The notes beneath the pieces are model-generated. The model was not told the DNA's origin and did no database searches. It saw only the letters and a program-made list of their open reading frames with translations. 64,000 nucleotides of DNA from positions 114,948,001 through 115,012,000 of the forward strand of contig OX597821.1 of NCBI GenBank assembly GCA_951406725.2, given 5' to 3'. This DNA comes from Octopus vulgaris (lineage: Eukaryota). A program made the translations under genes and the position numbers. Below, in pieces: positions 37,045 through 50,771 of this stretch (position 1 is the first letter of the stretch; each line of letters opens with the position of its first letter).

Positions 37045-37589
37045 GTTTATGTCATTCATTGCGGAAACAAGATAGGAAAGTTTTCTGAGGAATAATCAAC
37101 AAGTTGTGAATTGCTCTGCCAGAAACCTCCTACCCCCACCCCATGTGTATTTTGTTTTATGAACACTGAGAACAAATAAGGAATGTGTTTATATTACTAC
37201 ATAGTTCTTTATCATAGCTAATGGCTGGTATTATAGAATTTTATATTTTTTCAGTATCTTTCTATCTATCTATTCCCTCTCTTTCTTTCTGTTTGTGTAT
37301 CTGTCTGTCGGTCTGTATATCTGTCTGCCCCCTCTCTTTCCCTATATTATATTCATATATGTCTGTGTATGCACGTGTGTGTGAGCCTGTGTACATATAT
37401 ACACACACACACATGAATATAAAATTATATAAACTATAAAAGATAGGGACAATCAGGGGCAACGTGCACAACGATAAGAATTTCAGATTTGGAAAAAGTG
37501 AAAATACAATATCTGAAATTTCATTCATGAATGAGTTCCAATTTAAAGTTCCTTAGACTTAAGTCACGGCACTTGTGAGAATTAGTTCA

Positions 37590-37889
37590 CAGAAGGAAGA
37601 GAGAGAAAGAAAGAAAGAAGGAACAATAAGTGGGTGTACTGTCGACCTGACAGACAGACAGATAGAAAGATATATAGTACATTGTGGTTTTCAACCCAGC
37701 AGGGAGTAGCACTAGTATTCTTCATAAACAACGAATGGTAATATTAAATTCCTTCTTAAGGAGTTAAAGAAGTTGGCGCTTCAAGACGGAGCATTATGGA
37801 CTATCTACGACGAAAGTCAATTCCATTAATTATAACGGAGGGAAGTATCCCAATTAAAGTGAAATAATAAAGGAAAATCAAATATTTAG
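37590..37889 (+). promoter_or_regulatory. Candidate non-coding first exon / promoter region
   Basis: Consensus donor ag|GTAAGT at 37889/37890; locally CpG-retaining and SINE-free; GA-rich upstream; only short ATG-initiated ORFs. The start coordinate is a guess. Confidence 0.4.
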
Positions 37890-40759
37890 GTAAGTACATA
37901 TTCTCTACACTTGAAACTGTGTTAAATAAATTATACATATATAAATATATAGTTTATTTGTTGTTAAGGAAGTTTGCGGTCGGTGTTTATCAGATCTCTG
38001 TCTGACACAACTAATGTATTTATTAATTAATTACGGTTTCTTTAATTGATGTTATTTTGATAAAGAATTTAAAATAAAATTACGAGATGGTAGATGATAA
38101 AGTAAAATACTGAAATTGGGGAGATATTTGGTACTGTTTCTAAATCTTCTGCTCTGATGCTTATTATTTTATTTTTGGTCTTATTCAAAAGAATCTCCAA
38201 GTGTGTCCGAACAGTATGTATGTGCACACACACATACAGATATATATAAAGGATGCATATGTGTACACAAAGAATGTGTCTATGATTATAAACAATGTGT
38301 GTGTGTGTGTGTAATTGATATAGTCGTACAGCTATTTCGAAACCCCGTCATAATTTCCTTACATCAAGGAAGCAAATAAGAATGGTAAGCCTTCAGCTCA
38401 ATGTATCATCAGTTGTTGTTGGTTTTTGTTTCGTCCGTTTTTAAAATGCGTTCATATTTTGGAACTGGAATGTTTTCTTTGCAATTAATGTAAAAAGACA
38501 AGAAGAATTTAAAATTGGAAACAAAAACGGTTGATTACTTTGAAGTTTTGACAACCAAGTTTTGCTATTGCAAATATATAAATATATGTATGTATATAGT
38601 TCCTTTTTGGTTAGACATACATATAAAGCGCATATTTTAAAAGAATTGAAGAGAAATATTGTGATGCTATTCTGAAGAGAACTTGTATCAACTCAATTGG
38701 AACAGCGAACTTCTAGAGAACTTTACGATCTTTCACACATTCATACACACACAAGAAAAGGTAGAGATTGAAAGAAAGTGGTGAATAGAAAGAGAGAGAG
38801 AGAGGTCTTAAAATTCTTTAAAAGTTTCAATTGCGAATTGAAACTGCGAACACATGTTTTAGCTTCACAAGATATAAATGAAATAATTATCAGACCTACA
38901 ACTGACCTAATTAAAGTCAAGAAGAATTTAATATTCAGCTTTGTTTTAATTTAATAATTTCCCACCAAAGGACACCCCGCTCTTCCTTATTATATAACTG
39001 CCTAAAAATATGATAAATAGCAAAAATAAAGCAACACTTTATCTTTTTGATTAATATTTATTCTCTTCCACTGGTATAAAAATAAATTCTCAGCAAATGT
39101 TTGAGAGGCACAAAATTCCTTCTCATTAAACACCCCAAAGCATCAGAAAATTGCCTGCGAAGTCTTAATTACGGCTAGGTTGTTATGAAACATCCTCTGG
39201 AGGCCAAGATAATGTTAATAGAATCAAGAATGTATGTTATATGGTATTTAATATACCTGCAATTGGCACCGCGGCTGACCTCTCTGAGGCTTTTCTTTTT
39301 GCTCATTTTGTTTATACCTAGTAAACTGTCTTTACGTTGTGAGTTCAAATCCTGCTCATGTCAACTTTACCCTTAATCCTTTCGGGGTTGATTAAATAAA
39401 ATAACAGTCAGGAACGGGGTCGGTTTAATATTTCTATAGAAATATATGCTAGCCAGGAATTACCTGTCGATTCTTAAGGTGTGTCGAATTAAAATGAAAG
39501 ACATTAAGAGCATTCCTTTATCAAGTGACAGTGACCCTATCAATATGAGGGCGCTACCTCTCAACTAAACTATTTAGGCAGAAACCGCAGCTGGTTATTC
39601 TTTCAATAAACACAACCGGAGCAAGCTGTTCTCGATTTCTTTCTGAACATGACTCAACCATAATTTAAATGGTGTTCTACTCATCTCAACGCATTAAGTA
39701 TTTTCGTTGCAACAAGATACCAAGTTGTCCATCCTTTTTCCCTGGTCACGGATATTCTCTTAAATTTCACCTCGGCCACACTTTTTTTTCATACCATTAC
39801 ACGAGAAAGCCAAAAAGAGCTTTAAAGTAAGAACATCTGTATAACTCAAACCTTTTATTTTTAATTAACAATGGTTTAATTGAAATTCTCTCTCCTTTTT
39901 TACCTGTGTGAATTGACGTTTCATCTGTAATTACTAACATTTGGCAGTAACCCCGTCTTGCTCACCCACTTTGAACTATCGGTAAAAATCTACTTATGGC
40001 TAACATGCAGTTTAGGGGTTTAAAAAAATGAAAGTAAATTGACTGGAAGTGGCGACATTGACGTTCCATAATTTCTCATAAAGGCGAAGAAATGAGAATT
40101 GATGAAATCCTTTAATTTTATTAAAAGAACTCCTTCTCTATGCCACATTACAGGCACCTACTTCTTTAGTACCTTCTAGTGATATATTTTAGGGATAGAA
40201 GCCGTTTCAGCGCCCTATTTCACTCTTATTTAAAACCTTTACTGCATGTTAACCTTATTTTGCAGAAAACTGAAATTAAATTTATAATTATCTTTTACAT
40301 ATATATTTTCGACTTAGACATAAATATAGATTGTGGCAATCCCTCAACTTCATCTTTTCAGAATTTTTTTAAAAATAAAAACAAAAAATGTTTATCTTTT
40401 AATCGCATTTTTTCAAGAGTGTCGGTTACAATTATTATAGCAATTAAAATTTTTAAGGAATTTCGGCCCACTGCCCTCTTGGCTTGATTTTTTTAAAATA
40501 ATTCTCTTTAAAATCCTTATTTATTTTGACATTTAACAAAAAAATTCGAGAGTAAATTGCATCATGTCAATGTGTCGAACAAATCTCAAAAAAGGGTGAA
40601 ATATGCTAAAGTTATGGAAATTAGCAAAAAGTCAGATAGGTGAGACTCCCCCCACACACACCTACCAATTTTTTTCTCAATTCTTTCTACCTACTCGTAA
40701 TCTACTCCACCATAGACATATCCCTAAAATCTTATTTAAAAACATGCAAACTAATTATG

Positions 40760-41240
40760 TTGTAATGTACCCTTAGAGAAATTCATCTTCTCTCTCTGAC
40801 ATATATAACATAAATACAGACGTAGCAGATAACAGCCAACCTTCGGCCGCTTGGGTGCAGTTGTGTCCACTACTCTGATTGGTTGGTTTTGGTGCAGTTT
40901 GTCTCCTGCTTTATTTCACGCCAATGTGCGACCCAACCAATCGCAGCCTTCTGATAAGGTCCCATGACACAGTCTTCTAAATTCTCTTCTGGAGCCTCCT
41001 AATTTGCTATAAAACACAGCTATTCATCGAATCTCGTCTTATCAGAAGGCTGCGATTGGTTGGGTCGCACATTGGTATGAAATAAAGCTAAAGACAAACT
41101 GCACCAAAACCAACCAATCAGAGTAGTGGACACAACTGCACCCAAGCGGCCGAAGGTTGGCTGTTATCTGCTACGTTCATATTTATGTTATATATGTCAG
41201 AGAGAGAGAGAGGATGAATTTCATTAAGGGTACACTACAA
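40760..41240. mobile_element. Fold-back MITE with ~200 bp inverted arms
   Basis: Arms 40760-40958 and 41038-41240 are near-perfect reverse complements around a ~80 bp spacer. Confidence 0.9.
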
Positions 41241-42269
41241 TGTCAACTCACATGTGTGTGCTAAAACACTTATACAGTCACTTTCTGCAGACTTAGTTGT
41301 ACGAAAAGCTCGCAAATCATGCAGATTCACATGCATCTTGCACACATTATGTAGACCTCATTTGTACCTTGTACAAACATGTTTTCTGTTGGCCCCTTTA
41401 TTAGATCCCTGTCTGTAGCATTCACTCTTTAGATTGTTTTTGCTGTCTGTTTTGCAGTGTATCGATTGCTTTTTTTCCAGCATTTTGGAATATTTGCTAA
41501 TATAGCAACTCTGATTCAGCTAAGAGAACTTTTGACCGTTCACCATTTCTCACCAGTTAAATTGGGGGAGAAGAGCATGAACATCTTCAACTTCCATTCA
41601 TTCTCCATAATTTTGTGTCTGTGTTTCATATATAAGCAGGTTTTTCTCATTTGACTTCAGTTAAGGCGTTTAGATCTGGTGTTTATTTCACAACCCAACA
41701 CGTTCACTCCTTATTAGAAATTGTACCTAAATCTTCTTCAAATCTCACTCTACAATCTTAGAAAAATGGGGGATGATAGACAGAGCAGCAGCTGATCTAT
41801 ACAAAATGATGAGATAGTCATGACTGGAACGTCTTCAATCATTAATCAGCTTGATCAGGACTAAATATTTAAGACCCTATACTTATGTAAGTCATTGATT
41901 TTTAACAGCAATAAAACAAAGAACTAAGCACACACACCATACATACACACACAGGGAAATGTCTATACGTGGTTGCTTGATATGTTAGAAATAACAGCCA
42001 ATTATCCCTCAAATCACTCCCTACCACTTCAGAAAAGGAAGGCATTTGAAGCTGTAGTTGTAGGCAGAGTATGCGGGTAACATGCAGCTTATTGTTGTAA
42101 AAAGTCCAACAAAAAAAAAAATGCATTATAAGCTGGGAGTAACGAAGGACATCCAATAATTTCATGCAAACAATGTCTGTGATATAAACAACACATATAA
42201 CATGTGTATATTTTATATAAGATGAAAACAATCGCATTTATGGGAAAACATTGATGCAGGAATAATTTT

Positions 42270-42680
42270 GGATCTTTTCGGTTTGAACGGCAGTTTTTTC
42301 TAGTGGTGTCATATGAAATTGTCACCCATAATTATAACCCTAGTATCGATCTATTGCATTTCAATCTGTTTTAGGGTTAGGGGTGGGGGAAAGGGTATCT
42401 TTTTTTCTTCAGAAATGTAAATAAACCCAATCTCTTTCTTAAACAAGGAACATATTCATACGGCACAGAATGTTTTCACCTCAATAGACGTCATTGATTG
42501 GTTGAAATTGCAGAAATTGAAGAAAAAACACAACAAATATCTTACAAACTATAGAATTTTCTCAATAAAGCCAAAAGAAAAAGATGTTTTATAAACACAT
42601 TCTACCAGTATACGAAGTTTAAAAGTGTTTAGTTACGTGGAAGTTATTTTTAAAAACTGCCATTCAAACTGAAAAGATCC
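42270..42680. mobile_element. Merlin-like non-autonomous DNA transposon
   Basis: TIRs GGATCTTTTCGGTTTGAACGGCAGTTTTT / AAAAACTGCCATTCAAACTGAAAAGATCC. Perfect 8-bp TSD ATAATTTT (42262-42269, 42681-42688). GG termini with an 8-bp TSD fit Merlin. Confidence 0.8.
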
Positions 42681-43877
42681 ATAATTTTTCATTATTTCTA
42701 AATTTGTTTCACAACACATGCTCATAAAGATATGATGTAAATAAACCATCACTTGTCCCATATTGTCACCTAAGTATCTTCTTGGCGAGCATCCATCACC
42801 CTTCTATAATCTAAATACGATTGCTGTTATCATTTGGATCAATAAAATTGAGTAAATAGTTGACAACTTGATCAGTATAGAAGTTGCCAAGATCCACATA
42901 CGAATCCCACCCATCGGGTATCAAACGGATTTTATGAAATTGTGGTATGTCACTATTGTTACTTCCGATTTCTGTCTCAGTTTACTTTCATTTTTTAGGA
43001 CTATTTACTTTCACTGTTTTATGACGGTAAAAAATTTCTTAAAATGCCATTCCTCAAAAGATAGGATAACTACAGCTGGACCGCCTTTGATCAGAGATCT
43101 AATCATGTTTGACTAGTGTACTAAACAACGACCACCACCACAACAACTATACTCTGTAGATTGTCTCTTCAAAATGTGAGAGAAGTCTTATATAACTCCT
43201 GTCAAAATGAAAAAGAAGTATTTCTTTTGTCTTGTCATTAATTTATTAAATAACATCAACTTTATTTCATGTCAACCAACGTTCAATGATTGTCTTCCTG
43301 ATAAAAGTATAAATCGTCTAGATTTGATCGACTGATTGATTGATTTTAGCTAGTTTCCCTCATTGTCTCAACTGATTTAGTCTTGAAAAAGAAAAAAGAG
43401 GAAGATAAAAAGCGAGCACCTCCCAAAACACTTTACATTATTTTATTTTTATTATTTTTTCATTTAAAGCCAAAATATTATTGTATTAAATGGTGTTTGT
43501 TGAGTTTGTCATTTCCATAAAGTTGATGTTGATTTAGTGTCTGAAGAACAAAAAGATTTGACGGCTTGTTTTGGTAGTTTCTTTGATGGAACCATTTACC
43601 ATTTACTATTTTAATGGATTTGATGTGGTGGAGGGGCTTTTTATGTAATGTTGACTTTATGATAATATTTTATTATGAAGTCTGGTGAGGAGAAAAACAA
43701 ATGAAGTCATTTCAGAAATTCGGTGATAGGAATAAAAACAATCACAGACACACAGACAGACAAACAAACAACAAAGTTTTTCATTAGACAGTTATGTTTT
43801 TGAGTCGTAGAGTGGATGGGACATTACCTTCGTATTGCTTATTTAGGCATTCCTGTACAAAAGTTGAAAATTATCTA

Positions 43878-44630
43878 TGAGGGTGGCTTGAAAAGTTCAT
43901 AGGCTGACTGAAGGACTGATGCTAGAGCTGTGAAATCTTGCATACATTAATTTCAGCCCTTCGTGAGAATCTGACATTGTTTGAGGCAGATCCAGCTGGT
44001 TTCCTTGAACGTTTCCTAACCCAGAATGAGTGTTGGCCTCATCACTTTGAGCAAGAGGGATGATCCATGCAGTTAAAACACCCCCTCCTCACCTGCTCCG
44101 AAAAAGGCCAATGTTGTGGTGAAGGTGATGGCCTCAGTCTTTTGAGATGCAAAAGGTATTGTGTTTATTTGCTATCTTCAGTAGGGCCACACCATCAATG
44201 GAGAGTTCTTTGCCACGTTGCTGAGACAGTTATGAAAGGCTGTCAAAAACAAATACCAAGGAAAACTGATGAATGGGGTCTTGTTTCATCAGGACAATGC
44301 ACCAGTACGCAAGTTCTTGGTTTCAGTGGCTGCTGTGCGTAACTGTGGTTTTGAACTGGTTGATCACCCCACCCCTATTCTCCTGGCTTGGCTACATCCA
44401 ACTACCATCTGTTGCTTCAGCATAAAAGAACACTTGGCTGGGAACCAGTATCACAGTGATGATGTCATATCTGCTGGTAAAAGCTTTTCCATCAGTGAGA
44501 TCCAAGCACTGCAACACTGGCAGAAGAAGTGTGTGGTCTGCAAGAGGAACTATTTTGAAAAATAAATTTCATTTGGTCACATGCCACGAAAGTATCTTGG
44601 TCAGTGAATGAACTTTTCACCTGACCCATG
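43878..44630 (+). mobile_element. Internally deleted mariner transposon
   Basis: Degenerate TIRs tgagggtggcttgaaaagttcataggctgac / gtcagtgaatgaacttttcacctgacccatg; remnants KVMASVF*DAK, GVLFHQDNAPV and FELVDHP. Confidence 0.85.
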
Positions 44631-46665
44631 TGTTAAGAACTGCCATCTGAATGTTTATGTTTTAAGCCCTGAAGATTATGTTTTTAAACAAAACAAGCAT
44701 TCTAAATAAACACAAAATTAAAAACAATGGAAAATGGGGTATTTTTACCTCACACCACCCCTTGTATGTAATTTTTCAGTTTTGACCCTTTTCCAAAAAA
44801 TCTTTCGAAAATGAAATAACTCTCTTTGCAATATAATTAATTTTATAAAAAGCTTATCTCTAATTAATTTACATCATCATATATTATCATTTTACCTCCA
44901 TTTTTCATGCTGGCTTGGATTGGATAGTTTGACAGGATCCACCAATGTAACAGAGAATCACACCTTACTTTTGGCATGGTTTCTATAGCTGGATGCCCTT
45001 CCTAACACCAACCAATTTACAGAGTGGACTAGATGCATTTTTCATGGTACCAGCTCTATAGAGATTACTTTATGTTGTAAGACTAAAGAGCTCTGTCAAA
45101 TCCTTCTTTCTCACTGCTTCAATCAATTGGCCAACAGTTTATGTGGCACCAGCACTGGTAGAGTCACCTTATAGCTCACAGGGCAAAAAAGAGCTTCTGA
45201 GATCAATGGAATAGATTTATTGAACACTCCAATAAGAGAATTAATTTTTGAAGAAAGATGATCATAATAGTTTGCTTAAAGCATTGTGATACAGAACTAA
45301 AATAACAAATAATGGAGATTGAGGGCTTCAAGTGAAAAGGAAAATTTGAGTGACCTTTATATACTTCAGGCATAAAGGTCCATCATCAGAAGTGAATGAC
45401 TTAAAGATATGTAAATTTATGTAGATCCTGTCATTTAGTTTGCGAAGGCAAAATCTCCATCAGCTTGCATTTCTAAACCATTTACACCTGTCTGAATATG
45501 AAGGTTACCCAACTTCTCCTTTTTGTATCAGTAGAAGATCTTCATTATTTGTTAGTTTACTTTTGTTTCAGGCAAACTGTAAAGCTCTTCTTTCTTTAAT
45601 AATTAACAAATTAACAATTAAGCTAGCCATGTCCTTTCCTCATCTGGTAGGAAACTTAACCTACCCGCATTATGTATAATGGGCAAATATGATCAAATTG
45701 TTTGATATGTCTTAACTGGGAATGATTTTGTATAAAGGATGAAATTCCTGTTAATTCCATCTCTTTTGTGTAATTATTTGTAGCCATTAAATGCATTGAA
45801 AATGTCATCTCAATGTTTTACTTCATTATATATATAGGCTTTAGGCTTTCACTCCATACACGCCAGCCCAATTTGAATCATTCTCAGTCGAAAGGCGCCT
45901 GTTGTTATTTCTTGTTTGTATTCGTAATTCTGTACCATGTTCTCAATTTTTTTTGTTTGTGTTTTTTTTGTCTTTGTTGCTGTACACATTCACTAGCTTT
46001 CTTACAAAGGGGTCTAATGGTCTAATGCTCTTAGGTTAGACTTTTTGGGGGACAACCAGATCGCACCATCTCAAGTGTAACTGTCCGAAATGATCGTGAT
46101 TTCAGGTACTTCACTAAAGAAAGAAAGCCAAGAATGATCCGGTTTTTTTTTGCCTGTCCTTCTAATTGTTGTTTCTCTTGTCCACCTTTGTGTCGTCTGT
46201 CTGTCTGTCCAAACATTTTAATGTGCACTGTATTGCATTTTTGTTCCATTTACTCTTACTATTTTACTTGCTTCTGTCATTTTGACTGCGGCCATACTGG
46301 AGCACCGCCTTTAGTCGTGCAAATCGATCCCAGGACTTATACTTTGTAAGCCTAGTACTTATTCTATCAGTCTCTTTTGCCAAACTGCTAAGTTACAGGG
46401 ACCTAAACAAACCACCATCGGTTGCCAAGTGATGTTGGGGGGATGAGCACAGACACAAACATACACACACATATATATACATACACACATATATACACAT
46501 ATACGATGGGCTTCTTTCAGTTTCCATCTACCAAATTCACTCACAAGGCTTTGGTCAGCCCGAGGCTATAGTAGAAGACACCTGCCCAAGGTGCCATACA
46601 GTGGGATTGAACCCAGAACCATGTGGTTGGTAAGCAAGCTACTTATCACACAGCCACTCCTTTTA

Positions 46666-46703
<38 letters not shown>

Positions 46704-47346
46704 CTGTGTGTTTGTAGCTTTGATTGTATGCGAATGTATGCATACAGAATAAACGAGATACTGAAAAAAAGAACTGTTTCTATAAACCAATATTTTCTAC
46801 TCTAAACCAATTCCTAAGATCCAGTATTATTAATATTGCTGGGATATTTAACTGTTCCAAATTTCCATTGAAGTTTAGAAATATCATCTTCAATATCGCT
46901 AAGTAAATCTTGAAACTTTTCCTCTTTCGAAATGGAAATTAATTTGATTATCTTTCCACTTGAAGTGTGTTTCTTACCAAATGACCTTAAAACTTGCTGG
47001 GCATTATCAATATTAGATCAATGTTCAATATTTCTCAGTTATAAACTTTGGTTCTCTGTTAAGTTTTCCAATTTGAACACTTCCTCTTGGACTTTCTTTT
47101 TCTGAAACTGAACAGCTACGATGTTAGCTCTAAAGATAGGTGATGTCCATTTTAAGGAATTTCTTCTGAGATTTCTGACATTTTGCTTCAATTAATGGTC
47201 AGTAATTCCTGCTTTTAGATGTTGGATTTATAATGACTATCAAACAGCATCCATAAATAGTCATGATGAAAATTACCATTTCCTACTTTATCTCTCCAAG
47301 AACTATTTTGATATTTCTTTATTTTATTCAGCAACTGACTAATTTT

Positions 47347-47385
<39 letters not shown>

Positions 47386-47584
47386 TAATATAGGATAAAT
47401 TTTTTTTCAAAAAATTTCATCATTAGACACAAGAATGGCTGTGTGGTAAGTAGCTTGCTTACTAAACACATGATTCTGGGTTCAGTCCCACTGTGTGGCA
47501 CCTTAGGCAAGTGTCTTCTATAGACTCAGGCTGACCAAAGCCTTGTGAGTGGATTTGGTAGATGGAAACTGAAAGAAGCCTGTC

Positions 47585-47622
<38 letters not shown>

Positions 47623-47655
47623 ATGTATGTATGTATGTATGTATGTATGTATGTA

Positions 47656-47704
<49 letters not shown>

Positions 47705-47850
47705 TTGTGTGTGTGTATATGTTTGTGTGTCTGTCTTTGTCCCCCAACATTGCTCGACAAAGGGCGGTGTTCCAGTACGGCCACAATCAAATGACTGAAA
47801 TAAATAAAAGAGTAAGCATATTAGAATACCTTTTAAGGTGAAAATTATAA

Positions 47851-48053
47851 ACAATTATAAATAAGGGCAAAAGAAAAAATTTCTATGCCAAATATGCTGA
47901 GAAATAGAGTTTAGATCATCAATGACCACATATTTTCCATTCACGCTGTGTATTCATTGTGAAAAATATTGTATGTGGTGATTGGTGATTTAAAGTCTAT
48001 TTCTCAGCATATTGGCATAGAAATGTTTTTCTTTTGTCCCTATTTATAATTGT
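47851..48053. repeat. Fold-back with ~80 bp inverted arms
   Basis: acaattataaataagggcaaaag...tatgctgagaaatagagtttagatcatcaatgaccacat versus atgtggtgattggtgatttaaagtctatttctcagcata...ttttgtccctatttataattgt. Confidence 0.8.
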
Positions 48054-48499
48054 ATGTATATATATATATATATATATTCTTGGCTTAACAGCTCTCATTG
48101 TTTGTTTTTACTGTTTTGTTCTCACTGTCCTGTTCTTGTTTCCACTTTCACCCTCTGCAAAAAATCCCAAATTTTATTTAATTTACTTTGTGGGAAGGAC
48201 TGTTTCAATGAAGTCGTGTCTTGTCCTTGCCTTTGAATTGTGGAGTAGATGAAACAGAGACAACTGAAGAAGGGGAATATTCTTTATGTTGTATATCTCA
48301 TTTCTCTGTTTTTTTTCGTTGTCTGAAAAAATGTTCGTTTCTATGTTTTTGTTTTTAAGTTTCCGTTTCTCATTGTATTCAACGTTTTTTTGATGTCCTG
48401 TACCCATATATGCATGTATATATACATATATATGTAGGTATGTACATATATGTATGTATATATGCATATATTTATATATTATTTATATTATATATATAT

Positions 48500-49059
48500 C
48501 ATAAGGGACGTTAGCCATCCGAATGTGGCTAGGGACAGGGCAGGGCGGTGGGGGTGTTACTGATGCATTTAGCCCCAGGCGATCATCAACGTCACCAGAA
48601 GGGCTGACGCCATCACGGCGTCCTCTAGCCTGCAAAGGGAGATCATTCCCCGAAGAAGCGGATGCCACATACGGACCCAGGTTTCAAGGTGTTTGCCTAT
48701 TGTCAACGTATGGCAGGCATGCCCCTCGACGAACGACTCTCTGTGCAGGCTATCTATATAAAGATTTTCACAGTAAATACATTTACTGATGTAGAAAATC
48801 TGTTCGACAGCAATAATAATTCTCTAAACGAGGTATAGACAGTAACTGCTCCATAACATAAGGGACGTTAGCCATCCGAATGTGGCTAGGGGACAGGGCA
48901 GGGCGGTGGGGGTTCTGGTGACGTTGATGATCGCCTGGGGCTAAATGCATCAGTAACACCCCCACCGCCCTGCCCTGTCCCTAGCCACATTCGGATGGCT
49001 AACGTCCCTTATGTTATGGAGCAGTTACTGTCTATACCTCGTTTAGAGAATTATTATTG

Positions 49060-49061
<2 letters not shown>
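48500..49061. mobile_element. Young GC-rich element with direct + inverted terminal duplication, in (TA)n
   Basis: 357-bp unit (48500-48856), restart of the unit (48857-48913), then a reverse-complement copy spanning the unit junction (48913-49061). Confidence 0.8.
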
Positions 49062-49096
<35 letters not shown>

Positions 49097-50400
49097 AAGA
49101 TAGGGGTTATGGGTGTAACCCACTATGGGATAATATATAAGTATTATATTTTTTAAATGCCTACAACCTTAGTGTGTTGACATCTATATGCAATGAAAAT
49201 TAGATTTACTTTTGACCATAGACTGAAACAGCTGTAAGAAGTAATTTTTAGGATTTCATTAATTTATACTATGACTTTTAAAATCTGTAGTTGTCTTATT
49301 ACCTTATCTATTGATTTATATAATATTTTTGTATGTCTTTGATGTTCTCATTTGTAAAATGAATAAATAATCCAACATTATAATATCCGTAAGTTGATGA
49401 ACAAATCAAATTTGTTTCTCCATTTTCTTATTTGTATTATATATATAGAAGGGACCAGGAGATGTGGTAATTTGCTGCATTTGATAAAACATATCAAGCT
49501 AAATAAAATTGGTGTCTTCCCCAGGAAGATAGGATTGTCCTTTCAGGTGCTGGTGTCACTCAAAAAGCATCTGTGCCAGTGCTGCATTGACGCATCTGTG
49601 CAGGTGCTGTGTTAATGCATCCATGACAGTGGCACATAAAAAACACCCAGTGCACTCTGTTAAGTGGTTGGCATTAGGAAGGGCATCCAATCATAGAAAG
49701 CATTCCACAACAGACAATTGGAGACCGGACAGTTCCTTGCTAGCCAGCTCTATGTCAAACCGTCCAATCCATGCTTGCATGGAGACCAGATGGTAAATGA
49801 GGATGATGAAGATTTATATCATATCATCCGTTTTCCATGCTGGCATGGGCTGGACGGTTTGACTGAGGTCTGGAAAGCCAGCAGCTGCACCAGACTCCAA
49901 TCTGATCTGGCAATGTTCCTACAGCTGGATGCCTTTCCTAACACCAACCATTCTGAGAGTGTAGTGGATGCTTTTTACATGCCACTGGCACAGGAGTCAA
50001 TCAAGTGGACCTGGCATTGACCACATTCTGCTGGTGCTTTTTATGTGCCACCTGCACAGGAGCCAGTCAGGGGGCACTGGCTACAGCTACGATTTTGGTT
50101 TTACTTGACTCCACAGGTCTTCTCAAGCATATCATATTGCCCGACACATCAAGGGTACTTTAAATGGGCTGGATATGCATCACTGACATCAGCCATGGCT
50201 GTGATCTCACTTTAGTTGCCAGGTCTTCTCAATCACAGCATATCTCCAAAGGTCATTGCCTCTGTGAGGCCCAATGTTTGAAGGTCATTCTTCATCACCT
50301 CATCCCATGTCTTCCTGGGTCTACCTCTTCCACAGGGTTAGGTTTAGCTTTGCCCCATGTATGTCACATCCCAGTTTGTTTCAGTTAAAATCAAGTATAA

Positions 50401-50771
50401 AACAAGAGCACTCATAGAATGCAAACCTCCATCAAGGTAACACCAACATCCTCTCAATGATTAGCAGGAGATGATTTTTGAAATGAGAATATCTGAAATA
50501 AACTCAATTGCTCTCACAAATGAGAAGACTAAAATTGGACTCAACTGCTCTCAAAAATTAAGTAAAAAAACAAGAAAAAATAATCCAGAATCCTTGTCTA
50601 GTACCAGATCGATACCAAAATCTAATCGTGCTAGTCATGAGGCCAAACATCCCTGAAAGTTTCATCCAAATCCATCCAGTGGTTCTTCAGATATCTAGTT
50701 CACAGACAAACAAACAAACAAATAAATCCAACTGAAAACAATACCCCTGCCTTCACTAAGGTGGAAGTAAT
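50401..50771 (+). mobile_element. Helentron-associated non-autonomous element (HINE/DINE-1-like)
   Basis: 5' aacaagagcactca..gcaaacctcc, internal aagtttcatccaaatccatcc...acagacaaacaaacaaac, 3' hairpin tacccctgccttcactaaggtggaagta. Confidence 0.7.

Noticed and set aside
45347-45395. CTGATGA-containing hairpin on the minus strand
   Set aside because: No GAAA at the right position and no stem I; at best a heavily decayed hammerhead.
46790-47340. Purine-biased minus-strand stretch resembling decayed coding sequence
   Set aside because: Multiple stops and no recognisable motif; cannot be assigned without a search.
48762-48801. Type III hammerhead-like string (agatttt...CTGATGT-A-GAAAATCT)
   Set aside because: Stem II is absent and core position 9 is U; better read as a simple nested hairpin.
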